A stretch of DNA of 64,000 bases, taken from contig JAFXVP010000072.1 of the NCBI GenBank assembly GCA_017524445.1, positions 15,183 to 79,182 of the forward strand. Reading direction: 5' to 3'. The first letter of the stretch is position 1. Each line of letters starts with the position of its first letter. This DNA is from Clostridia bacterium (lineage in GTDB: Bacteria; Bacillota; Clostridia; Christensenellales; CAG-138). Shown here one piece after another: positions 1-7,797 of this stretch. The notes under the pieces are model-generated. The model made no database searches. It saw only the letters and a program-made list of their open reading frames with translations, and was not told where the DNA came from. The position numbers were made by a program, and so were the translations under genes.

Positions 1-455
1 ACGATCCCCGACGGCATCGTGACCGTGATCTTCTGCTTTTTGTCCTCGTCGTGCAGCGCAAGCTCGACCTTCTTCGGCGTTTTCAGGCAGTAATCCTCTG
101 CCTTGCCGTTTTCCACCTTGACCGGCGCGGGCGATTCCGACGTCCAGAAGCTGCCCAGCACGATGGGGCGGTGCGGATTGTTTTCCAGATATCCCAGCAC
201 CACGAGATCGTCCACCTGCGGGAACAGGAAAAGACCGCGCTCCTTTCCTCCCATCGGTGTCATCACGTAGCACCAGTCGGTCAGTTCCTCGTCCGGCGCT
301 CCGATCGGCAGACATTTGACCCGGTTCAGGTTCTGGTCATCCTTGATGTTCTTTACCGTTGCCAGCGTCAGGCTGAAAACGCCGCCCTGCGTGTCCGGAG
401 TGTCGCCGTAGCCGAAGAGCGTTTTCAGTTGATCGCCGATTCCCATGGGGGTCAT
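1..455 (-). CDS. Baseplate central spike, phage gpV / VgrG-like (Afp8-type); 3-prime end cut by window edge
   Basis: Hand translation from ATG at 455 (ATGA overlap with the stop of the upstream gene at 452): MTPMGIGDQLKTLFGYGDTPDTQGGVFSLTLATVKNIKDDQNLNRVKCLPIGAPDEELTDWCYVMTPMGGKERGLFLFPQVDDLVVLGYLENNPHRPIVLGSFW... The FPQVDDLVVLGYLENNPHRPIVLG stretch is the OB-fold signature of gpV/gp5-type spikes. It sits directly after a gpD-like gene. Confidence 0.7.
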   Translation of the reverse strand, partial: MTPMGIGDQLKTLFGYGDTPDTQGGVFSLTLATVKNIKDDQNLNRVKCLPIGAPDEELTDWCYVMTPMGGKERGLFLFPQVDDLVVLGYLENNPHRPIVLGSFWTSESPAPVKVENGKAEDYCLKTPKKVELALHDEDKKQKITVTMPSGI

Positions 456-1549
456 GCTTTTGCTCCTTTCACCTGGAACGAGGTCGTGTAATCGCTGGCG
501 GTAAACTTATGGACGACCTTCGTGAGAAAATACGTGCCGTTCGTAAGCTCGTCACCGCCGTCGATCTTCAGATAGCGACCGGGGATCAGCTCGGGAATTC
601 CGATGCACTCTCCCTCCCCGGAAACAAAGCCCATTGCGATGCTGTTGAGCCGATTCTGCGCCAAAAGCTCGCATTCCTTCTGGGTCCGCACGTATTCGCT
701 GCGTTCGCGAAGCATCGCATCCTTAAGACCGCTGACCCATTCCGCTGCGGTTTTTCCTTCTCCGCCCGTGGTCACTTTCGACGCCGTGCCCTGAATCGCC
801 TTTTGGTTGACGTCACGGCCGAGTATCTCCACCTTGCCGATCTGATGCGCCAGCGAAACCCGCCGTGTAAAGCTGCGAACGCTCTTGTTGATCGTCAGCG
901 TGAGGATCGGCGAGGTCCTGGTCAGCACATTGTCGAAGATCAGCTCGCCGTCGATCGCGAACAGCGACGTTCCGTAGCGTTCCGACATCATCTGCAGAAA
1001 CTTCCAGTCGTCCATCTGCTCCTTGATGATCGGCGTTTCAAAGCCCGTAAGCTGACCTACCTGCATCTTCTTTGCATACCCGGCCGCCACGCTCTTCTGC
1101 AGAATCGATTCCACGATCTGCTTCGGCTGCTTTTCCCCGGCATAGAAGGGCTGACACATATTCATCAGATATCCGAGTCCGTCCAGCCCGTTTACCTTGA
1201 TGTTCGGCGTTCCGTCCTGATCGAATACGAGCGCGTAATCATCGACGTATCCGTAAAACAACTCCGTGCGTGCCTTGCTGTATCCTCCAAGAACCGCGAG
1301 CTTTGCGCCCGGCTTGATCAACGACGACGCATTGTTCTCCCACTTTCTGTTCTTGTAGTCGTACTGCCCTTCGATCGAAAAGGTGCAGCCGCCCACAGCG
1401 CCGCCCGCGGTGATCTCGACCTCAACGCTCGGAATATGGAACTTGCCCTGCGGAAGCTCCTTTCCGTCGACCTGTATCTCAAAGCCCGGCGCGATAAAGT
1501 TATCATGCTTCTTTGCCAGCGAGTCGTAAGTGTATGATCCCTGATCCAT
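452..1549 (-). CDS. Phage late control gene D-like protein (contractile-tail baseplate hub)
   Basis: 365-aa ORF with ATG at 1549 preceded by GGAG. Length and overall pattern match the gpD family. It lies between the LysM tube-initiator and the spike, as in P2 and eCIS loci. Confidence 0.75.
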   Translation of the reverse strand: MDQGSYTYDSLAKKHDNFIAPGFEIQVDGKELPQGKFHIPSVEVEITAGGAVGGCTFSIEGQYDYKNRKWENNASSLIKPGAKLAVLGGYSKARTELFYGYVDDYALVFDQDGTPNIKVNGLDGLGYLMNMCQPFYAGEKQPKQIVESILQKSVAAGYAKKMQVGQLTGFETPIIKEQMDDWKFLQMMSERYGTSLFAIDGELIFDNVLTRTSPILTLTINKSVRSFTRRVSLAHQIGKVEILGRDVNQKAIQGTASKVTTGGEGKTAAEWVSGLKDAMLRERSEYVRTQKECELLAQNRLNSIAMGFVSGEGECIGIPELIPGRYLKIDGGDELTNGTYFLTKVVHKFTASDYTTSFQVKGAKA

Positions 1550-1567
1550 TCTGCACGCTCCGTTCCG

Positions 1568-2296
1568 TTACAGCAATGCCGGAATGACCAGCATCTCGCC
1601 GTTTCGCAGCATGCGCGGATCGGCCAGGCCGTTTGCCTCCGCGATCACGCGCCATTGCCCTGCGTCACCGTATTCCTCCGCCGCGAGCGCCCAGAGGGAG
1701 TCTCCCTGACGAACCGTGTGATACTTGGTCGTATCGGGCGAGTTCAGCGGGTTTGCGACGTACAGGTCCTTGTTGTCGCGGAACTCCACAAAGCTGCACT
1801 CCAGAAACGCGCGCACCGGCTGCCCCTTCTCGTCAAAGCGTACGAAGCGCTCCCTGCACGAGGAGAGAAAGCCCTTGAACTGCAGCGACGACCACTCCAC
1901 CTTGAGGATCGGCGGACGGTGCAGATCGGAGTCGACGTACATCAGGTTCGTGATCTTTCTCGTGTAGTCCCGAACGTCGATCCCGCCGGCGATGGTCGGC
2001 GCAAGACTGTTCAGCGCGAACTTCGCGCGGTCGGCGAAGCTCCCGCCGACCTCGGAGCCGGCGGAAACACTGTCGAAAAACAGCTCAAACGTCAGCTCCT
2101 CCGCGCCGCCGCTGTGGAACTGCACGACCGGCGCGTCGGCGCCGAGCGACGGGATCGGCCTGTATCTCACGGTCTTCTGACGGGTATAGGTCTGAGGATT
2201 GTAAAGCACGTTGAAGGACTCCCCGTTGTCGACGTCGGTAATCCGCATCTTTTCCACGGGAATCAGAATATTCGGGTTCGGTATTCCGACAAACAT
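1568..2296 (-). CDS. CIS tube-initiator-like protein with C-terminal LysM domain (Afp7 / gpX-like)
   Basis: 242 aa with RBS AGGAGGAAG before the ATG. The N-terminus (ITDVDNGESFNVLYNPQTYTRQKTVRY...ELTFELFFDS) resembles tube-fold proteins. The C-terminus YHTVRQGDSLWALAAEEYGDAGQWRVIAEANGLADPRMLRNGEMLVIP is a canonical LysM motif. Confidence 0.75.
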   Translation of the reverse strand: MFVGIPNPNILIPVEKMRITDVDNGESFNVLYNPQTYTRQKTVRYRPIPSLGADAPVVQFHSGGAEELTFELFFDSVSAGSEVGGSFADRAKFALNSLAPTIAGGIDVRDYTRKITNLMYVDSDLHRPPILKVEWSSLQFKGFLSSCRERFVRFDEKGQPVRAFLECSFVEFRDNKDLYVANPLNSPDTTKYHTVRQGDSLWALAAEEYGDAGQWRVIAEANGLADPRMLRNGEMLVIPALL

Positions 2297-2310
2297 GCCG
2301 CTTCCTCCTC

Positions 2311-5300
2311 TTATCTTCCGCTCCGACGCAGCTCGCGTCTGAGTCTTTCCTCAATAATCTTATAAACCTTGTCCGCTGTGCGCTGGATCTCGGCGTCGTC
2401 GATCTGCTGTCGGGCGGGCCCCTGCCCGGCTTCCCGCGGCTCCTTGAACGACAGCTCCGTCCTGCCGTTCGGATCGCTCTGCTGCGGCATTGCCGTCGGC
2501 GCGGTCCAGTTCACCTGTTTCGAACGCGAAGAACCGGAATTCCAGTTGAACGCAGCGGATTGCTGCTCGGCCGAGCTGACGCCGGACTTCTCCAGCAATT
2601 CCTTTGCCCACGTCGGAAGCGCGCTCGCTTTGTCGCTCTGCGAAACCTTCTCCGAAGCCGCCGCCGTCGGATCCTCGGGCGGCTGCCCGCCGACCGTCGG
2701 CGTCGCGAAGAACAGCTCCGGCTGCTTCGGTGTATTGACCGCGTCCTCGATCGGCAGTGCGATGCGGTCCGCATCCTGCGGTTTTTGCGCGTCCTGCGCC
2801 GCCTGTTCCGCGGTTTGTCTTCCGCTGCGTACGGCGTCCGGCTGCCGACGCCTCTGCTCCGACGTCAATCGGATATCGCGCACGGTTTGCCTCGCCGCCT
2901 TCTCTGCGCGCATCGTTTCTCCGCTCTGCTGCGCCGAAGGTTTGCTTTGCGTCGTCCTGACCGTTTGCCGCAATGCGCTGTGCTCCGCGTTTCTTTCCGG
3001 TTCCTCCCGATAGGTCAGTTCGGCGGGAATGCCCGTTTCCGGATCGATCGAGGGGACCGCGGCAGGTATCGTCGTTTCCGCATACGCGTCTTCTGCCGCT
3101 TCTGCCGGTTCCGCCCCGATCACGCTCTGCGGCGCGATCGTTTTTGCGTCCCTCTGTTCCGAAGTCTGAAGCGCTTGTTGTTCCGGTTCTTGCCGGTAAG
3201 TCAACTCGGCGGGGATATCCGTTTCCGGATCGACCGACGGGATCGCTTCGCGCGTCGCCGTTTCTGCCTGCGCGGCTTCTGCCGGTTCCGTCCCGACTGC
3301 GCTCTGCGGCGCGATCGTTTTTGCGTCCCGCTGTTCTGCGGTCTGATACTCTTCTTGTTTCGCTTCTTGCCGGTAGGCAAGTTCGGCGGGGATATCCGTT
3401 TCCGGATCGACCGACGGGATCGCTTCGCGCGTCGCCGCCTCCGGTTGCGCTGCCGCCTGTGTCCGAACATCTGCCGTTTGCTCTGTCGGTTCGCTCCCCG
3501 GAACAGTTGTCCCTTCCGTGCCGTGCCTCACATTTTCTCCCGAATCCGCCCGGTAAGTCAGTTCCGCGGGAATATCTGCCTCTGAATCTGCGGATGGAAT
3601 CGCGGTGTCTGCTGCCGTCTCGACGCTTGGCTGCACCTCATTTGCCGTTTCCGTCCCGACTGCGCTCTGCGGCGCGATCGTTTTTGCATCCCGCTGTTCT
3701 GCGGTTTGATACTCTTGTTGTTCCGGTTCTTCCCGATAGGTCAGTTCCGCGGGAATATCCGTTTCCGAATTGACCGACGGGATCGCTTCGCGTTTCGCCG
3801 TTTCTGCCTGCGCGGCTTTTGCCGTTTCCGTCCCGACTGCGCTCTGCGATGCAGGCTCTTTTATATTCGATATGACCTTCTGTACAGGCTCTTTTCTGTC
3901 TGTCTGCGCCGCCGTCCGGACCTTCGGTTTTTCCGAATCCTCCTTATAGGTCAGTTCTGCGGGAATATCCGTTTCCGGATCGACCGACGGGATCGCTTCG
4001 CGCGTCGCCGTCTCTGCCTGCGCGGCTTTTGCCGTTTCCGTCCCGACTGCGCTCTGCGATGCGGGCTCTTTTATATTCGATATGGCCTGCTGTACAGGCT
4101 CTTTTCTGTCTGTCTGCGCCGCCGTCCGGACCTTCGGTTTTTCCGAATCCTCCCGATAGGTCAGTTCGGCGGGAATATCCGTTTGCGCAGTTACCGAAGG
4201 GATCGCGGCGTGTGTCGTTGTTTCCGGCTGTGCGGGTTTCGTCGTTTCAATACCGACTGCAGTCTGCGGAACGGGCTGTTTTAAATCTTTCTGCTTTGCG
4301 GACGCATCCTCCGGCTGTTCCGGTTCCTCACGGTAGGTCAGCTCCGCGAACAGCTCCGATTCCGTGCCGGTCGGGACCGCGGCAATGGGCGCGATCGTTT
4401 CCCGCGCGGCTGTTTCCGTCCGAACCGCCGGCTGTCGGAAAGCCGGTTCGGACGCCGCGGCGGTTTTGCGGTCCGGCGCTTCCGACCGGATCTCAGCGTT
4501 TTCCGCTGCGGCAGTCGGCTCTGCCTTTCTCGCCGTCTCCGAAGCGGATACCGGCATTTTACTCCCTTGCGCCGGCGCGGGTTCTGTCTTTTGCGCTTCA
4601 TACGCGTGCGCACGTGCGCGCGTATGAAAATTGCTGCCGCCGCTCTGCGATTCTGCGCTTTCTTTTCGGGTCGCGGTCTTTTCACGCTCTTCGCGTCGAT
4701 CCGGCTTCCCGAACGCTTGTTCTTCGCGCAGCGCATTGCGGCGCAGCGTTTCATCCACTGCGCGGTGTACCTCGCGCAAAACGCGCTCGGTTTCCGAAAT
4801 CTGTTCCGTCCCTTCCGTACCCCATGCAAGCGCGTCCTCAAACGCGCCGTAGTCCTCCGGGACATCAACGACCGTCCTCCGGTTTTCGCTCTGCGCGATC
4901 GCCTCCTCACGGCGGCGGCGCAGCACATCCGGAAGCAGAATACTGCCGACGGAGACGTCTCCCGTCTGCTTCGTTTCCGAACGAACCGGGTAACCGGGAT
5001 GCAGCTCGCGCTGTTTCGGCGTCCAGCCGCCGGCGGCCGGCGCACCCATCATACGGCTCGCGATCGGCAACGTCCGATCCGCAAGCTTGCTCTCCGCGGA
5101 GATCCTTGCCCGGACGGGCTTTGCCGTGCCGGCTGCGGACAGCAGTTTTGACGGCGAGGCCGCGCGTCTCGACAGATCGGCTGATCCGGGATCGCCGACC
5201 TCTTTGATGTGCAGCGTCTCCCGGTCGGCTCCGACGCCGCTCCTTGCCTGTGCCGGGATCGGCTCCGACGCCTTTACGGGTGCGGTCGCGGTATATCTCT

Positions 5301-5682
5301 TTCCGCCGGTCTCGATCACAACGCGGCGGGTCTCGGCGTATGCCGTACGGAGTTCGCGCTCGCGCACGATCACGCGCTCAATGATGCGCTCCCGCGGTGT
5401 CTGGGGCTTTTTCTCGTTCTTTTCCCGCTCCTGCGTCTCCTTGCGCAGGCGGTTCAAAAACAGATCGATGTTGAAATCGACATGGATCTCCGGCGGAGAA
5501 GGCAGCGCTTCACGCTCCGATTCCTCCAAAAACGCCAGAGACACCGGTCGGTAAAAGCCGGGAGAGCGGCTGCTGCGGCCGGCAATTTCCTGCAGGAACA
5601 GCTCCGTAAGTAAACCGAACGGAGACAGGACGTCCTGTCTCGCGACCGTGATATTCGGTTTGGTTACGGCGATGGATTCCAT
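2311..5682 (-). CDS. Repeat-rich putative tail-length tape-measure protein (call by position only)
   Basis: The ORF track starts at a GTG (5691). The ATG at 5682 forms an ATGA overlap with the upstream stop, so I prefer 5682. The protein is low-complexity and rich in E/P/A/T/R, with 8 tandem ~59-70-aa repeats each carrying (D)IPAELTYR(E/Q). It lies between the tube genes and the LysM/gpD genes, the slot occupied by gpT in P2-like tails. No recognisable catalytic motif. Confidence 0.5.
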   Translation of the reverse strand: MESIAVTKPNITVARQDVLSPFGLLTELFLQEIAGRSSRSPGFYRPVSLAFLEESEREALPSPPEIHVDFNIDLFLNRLRKETQEREKNEKKPQTPRERIIERVIVRERELRTAYAETRRVVIETGGKRYTATAPVKASEPIPAQARSGVGADRETLHIKEVGDPGSADLSRRAASPSKLLSAAGTAKPVRARISAESKLADRTLPIASRMMGAPAAGGWTPKQRELHPGYPVRSETKQTGDVSVGSILLPDVLRRRREEAIAQSENRRTVVDVPEDYGAFEDALAWGTEGTEQISETERVLREVHRAVDETLRRNALREEQAFGKPDRREEREKTATRKESAESQSGGSNFHTRARAHAYEAQKTEPAPAQGSKMPVSASETARKAEPTAAAENAEIRSEAPDRKTAAASEPAFRQPAVRTETAARETIAPIAAVPTGTESELFAELTYREEPEQPEDASAKQKDLKQPVPQTAVGIETTKPAQPETTTHAAIPSVTAQTDIPAELTYREDSEKPKVRTAAQTDRKEPVQQAISNIKEPASQSAVGTETAKAAQAETATREAIPSVDPETDIPAELTYKEDSEKPKVRTAAQTDRKEPVQKVISNIKEPASQSAVGTETAKAAQAETAKREAIPSVNSETDIPAELTYREEPEQQEYQTAEQRDAKTIAPQSAVGTETANEVQPSVETAADTAIPSADSEADIPAELTYRADSGENVRHGTEGTTVPGSEPTEQTADVRTQAAAQPEAATREAIPSVDPETDIPAELAYRQEAKQEEYQTAEQRDAKTIAPQSAVGTEPAEAAQAETATREAIPSVDPETDIPAELTYRQEPEQQALQTSEQRDAKTIAPQSVIGAEPAEAAEDAYAETTIPAAVPSIDPETGIPAELTYREEPERNAEHSALRQTVRTTQSKPSAQQSGETMRAEKAARQTVRDIRLTSEQRRRQPDAVRSGRQTAEQAAQDAQKPQDADRIALPIEDAVNTPKQPELFFATPTVGGQPPEDPTAAASEKVSQSDKASALPTWAKELLEKSGVSSAEQQSAAFNWNSGSSRSKQVNWTAPTAMPQQSDPNGRTELSFKEPREAGQGPARQQIDDAEIQRTADKVYKIIEERLRRELRRSGR
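2990..4400 (-). repeat. Eight in-frame tandem repeats (177-210 nt units) inside the tape-measure candidate
   Basis: The reverse complement of the IPAELTY coding string (e.g. taggtcagttcggcgggaat) recurs at about 3011, 3197, 3374, 3553, 3737, 3947, 4157 and 4335. The two 210-nt units (about 3780-4200) are almost identical at DNA level. Confidence 0.85.
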
Positions 5683-6110
5683 CAGTAGCACCCGTTATAG
5701 ATCAATTCGATTCGGCTGACCGCAAGCGCAGGCTGGTTGCTGTTCAGATCGGGTCCGACATACTTCCGAAGATACGCGCCCACGATCGTCCAGGTTCGCT
5801 GCGGCATTCCGAAGCTGTCCATCAGGATCACGGTCCCCGCCAGAGGGATCGACATGCCCGTGGAGGACATGGCCATCAGCAGGGAAACGGAATCCAGCGT
5901 TGTGACGACGCCCTGTTCCAGGATCAGAACCTGCGGCTTGTTTTCTTTGAAGAAGAAGCGCGGGTAGTTGAGACCGCCCTCGTTGTACACCTCGTATTCG
6001 ATCTCCATATTGAGACCGCTCACGGCGGTGAACCTGCCCATGATCGCGGCGCCGGGACCGATCAGCGCAACTTCAAAAAACGAGCCGGAAAGGTAATCGC
6101 TTGAAAACAT
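5682..6110 (-). CDS. Tube-family (gp19-like) protein, third paralog
   Basis: 142 aa. GRFTAVSGLNMEIEYEVYNEGG...VSRIELIYNG echoes the F..V.G...E....Y.EGG pattern of the two clearer tube proteins upstream. Tightly packed in the same operon. Confidence 0.55.
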   Translation of the reverse strand: MFSSDYLSGSFFEVALIGPGAAIMGRFTAVSGLNMEIEYEVYNEGGLNYPRFFFKENKPQVLILEQGVVTTLDSVSLLMAMSSTGMSIPLAGTVILMDSFGMPQRTWTIVGAYLRKYVGPDLNSNQPALAVSRIELIYNGCY

Positions 6111-6116
6111 ACGGCA

Positions 6117-6626
6117 TCATTCCCCCCTCATCTTCAGCATGAGCGGACCGACGGTGCGCTCCATCCCGTGAACGGCAAAGGTCACGCTTTCGGAAAGCAC
6201 CTCGCCGCGGGTGCTGTCCATCGGCGACAGCTCGTAACGGATGGGCATGGCGTCCTTGAGCGACCAGATCACGCCGCGGTTGCCGGCGTCGTCCAGCGCG
6301 ATCACGTTGATCGTGCGGAACAGGTTCACGCCGGTCGGTCCGGTGTGGGTCGACGCGGCTGCCGCAAAGATCCAGTTGAGAAACGCGTTGTCCCCGATCA
6401 CGCCCTTGGTCAGCGTGACCGGCTCAAAGCGCGTCATCACGGGTACGATATCCTGCACGCCGCGAAGATCGCTTCCGGAGCGGGCGGTGATGGTCTGCAC
6501 CTCCATCTTGATCCCGGAAAACTGCGTGAACGCGCCGACCGCGTCGCCGTCCACCTCCACAAGGAAGCGGAAGGATTTGAGCGGTTCGACATAATTTTTT
6601 AAGGAGCCGGGCAGATTGACCTGCAT
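6117..6626 (-). CDS. Contractile-tail tube protein (T4 gp19-like family), second paralog
   Basis: 169 aa. KSFRFLVEVDGDAVGAFTQFSGIKMEVQTITARSGSD...FEPVTLTKGV is the typical tube-protein N-terminal signature. RBS AAGGGGAAG. Confidence 0.8.
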   Translation of the reverse strand: MQVNLPGSLKNYVEPLKSFRFLVEVDGDAVGAFTQFSGIKMEVQTITARSGSDLRGVQDIVPVMTRFEPVTLTKGVIGDNAFLNWIFAAAASTHTGPTGVNLFRTINVIALDDAGNRGVIWSLKDAMPIRYELSPMDSTRGEVLSESVTFAVHGMERTVGPLMLKMRGE

Positions 6627-6638
6627 AACTGCTTCCCC

Positions 6639-6881
6639 TTACCGAAATTCGAATGTTTTATTCTTATCGTTCCCGCTGAGCTTTTTGTTCACCGCGGAGA
6701 CCTCCGCGCACCAGCGGCGGCGCTCCTGATGACTCAGCGCCATGACTTCATCGCGGGACCAGTGCAGATAATAGGACAGGAACGTCATCTCCTGATAGAG
6801 CTGCTCCTGTGGATACAGCACCAGTCCTACGCTAATAAAAAATCCAGCGGTACCTCGATCTGCTGATTGCAATGCGGGCAT
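6639..6881 (-). CDS. Small ORF in the -1 frame of the upstream chaperone-like gene; candidate frameshift extension or independent small protein
   Basis: 80-aa ORF overlapping the 3-prime end of 6827..7186 by 55 nt. Conserved-looking core: YPQEQLYQEMTFLSYYLHWSRDEVMALSHQERRRWCAEV. Independent starts are possible (GTG 6821, ATG 6788) but none has a good RBS. From memory it resembles the small conserved protein seen in this slot of Gram-positive eCIS loci; unverified. Confidence 0.5.
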   Translation of the reverse strand: MPALQSADRGTAGFFISVGLVLYPQEQLYQEMTFLSYYLHWSRDEVMALSHQERRRWCAEVSAVNKKLSGNDKNKTFEFR

Positions 6882-7186
6882 ACGACCTTATAGGTCGGCA
6901 TGTCGGACATGTTGATCCGCTGATACAGATCCTGCAGATACGCAAGGTCCATTGTGAACAGCCCTTCGATGACGTGCGTGTTGATGCTGTTCAGCGTCCC
7001 CAGCCGCGTGATCACCCGCGAGAGCAGAATGATCGTGAGATATCCCGCGTTCTGCTGTACGCGCGGATCGCGCATCGGAAGGATCTCGTCCGCGGCAGTC
7101 GCAAGGCGCATGGTTCCGCGCTTGTGAACATCGCCGTTTTTATCGACATAGCCCTTCGGCAGTTCAAATTCAAATTCTGTCTCCAT
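6827..7186 (-). CDS. Tail assembly chaperone-like protein (call by position)
   Basis: The ORF-track start at 7225 is a TTG. The ATG at 7186 (METEFEFELPKGYVD...) has an AGAGAGG RBS, giving 119 aa. It lies between the tube gene and the tape-measure candidate, where the gpE/E+E' (P2) and G/GT (lambda) chaperones sit. Confidence 0.5.
   Translation of the reverse strand: METEFEFELPKGYVDKNGDVHKRGTMRLATAADEILPMRDPRVQQNAGYLTIILLSRVITRLGTLNSINTHVIEGLFTMDLAYLQDLYQRINMSDMPTYKVVCPHCNQQIEVPLDFLLA
6836..6842 (-). promoter_or_regulatory. Candidate -1 programmed ribosomal frameshift heptamer T TTT TTA
   Basis: The mRNA reads ...CTG GAT TTT TTA TTA GCG TAG in the zero frame. This is an X XXY YYZ site 6 nt before the stop. 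A -1 slip enters the 6639..6881 frame exactly (…GGA TTT TTT ATT AGC GTA…). Confidence 0.55.
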
Positions 7187-7276
7187 AGTACACAGTACCT
7201 CTCTTAATCCATAAGACCCCTCCAAACCGCCGGGTGTGCGCCACCCGGCGGCAGGAGGGTTTCGGTTATCGTATCA

Positions 7277-7756
7277 TCAGATGGGTGACGGTTCCGCCGA
7301 TGCAGAGCCCGGCGTATGCTCGAGGCCTTCGTGGCAGAGTTCCAGAGACTGGATCGCCACTTCGCCGCCCAGACCGTTGAGATCCGGCACGGTGTAGCCG
7401 ACAGGCCATGCATTGATGAGGTTCCAGGACGGGCCGGGGCTTCCGGCGTCGTCGATGAGGGTGATCGTCACGTTGTGACGCAGAATGCCGGTAGGCGGCG
7501 CGGTGTTCGTCGGCGCGACGGAGTACACCCAATCGAGGAAGTCTGCGTCGTCCGAGACGCCCCAGCGGAGCGTGACGTTGCCGAATTTTGTGAGACCCGC
7601 CAGTTTACGCGGCGTGTTGCGCAGGTCGTCGCCTTCGCGGTATTCGACTGCGTCCGTTGAGGAGCTCATGCCGGATACCTCCGAGAAGCCCGCACGGCTG
7701 ATGCCGTCGATCTCGACCTGATATCGAAATACTCTGTATGGATAATTGATAGCCAT
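7277..7756 (-). CDS. Contractile-tail tube protein (T4 gp19-like family), main tube
   Basis: 159 aa. MAINYPYRVFRYQVEIDGISRAGFSEVSGMSSSTDAVEYREGDD is the classic eCIS/phage tube N-terminus. RBS AAAGGA. Immediately downstream of the sheath gene. Confidence 0.85.
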   Translation of the reverse strand: MAINYPYRVFRYQVEIDGISRAGFSEVSGMSSSTDAVEYREGDDLRNTPRKLAGLTKFGNVTLRWGVSDDADFLDWVYSVAPTNTAPPTGILRHNVTITLIDDAGSPGPSWNLINAWPVGYTVPDLNGLGGEVAIQSLELCHEGLEHTPGSASAEPSPI

Positions 7757-7797
7757 CTATTCTGTCATCCTTTCTGTCGATATTTAAGCCGCGTGGC

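Noticed and set aside
509-1537. Long ORFs antisense to the confident genes. Examples: 509-1537(+), 8290-9534(+), 11911-13284(-), 18044-19144(-), 28555-30384(+), 38084-41104(+), 42071-44008(+), 48074-51091(+), 51560-53833(+), 56551-58740(+).
   Set aside because: They translate to Arg/Ala/Gly/Pro-rich low-information sequence, lack RBSs, and mirror well-supported genes on the other strand. This is the expected stop-codon-poor antisense frame of high-GC coding DNA.
2990-4400. Regularly spaced ~180-210-nt repeats that could be mistaken for a CRISPR-like or satellite array.
   Set aside because: The units are far longer than CRISPR repeats, have no unique spacers, and are in frame inside one long ORF, where they encode reiterated IPAELTYR-containing peptide units.
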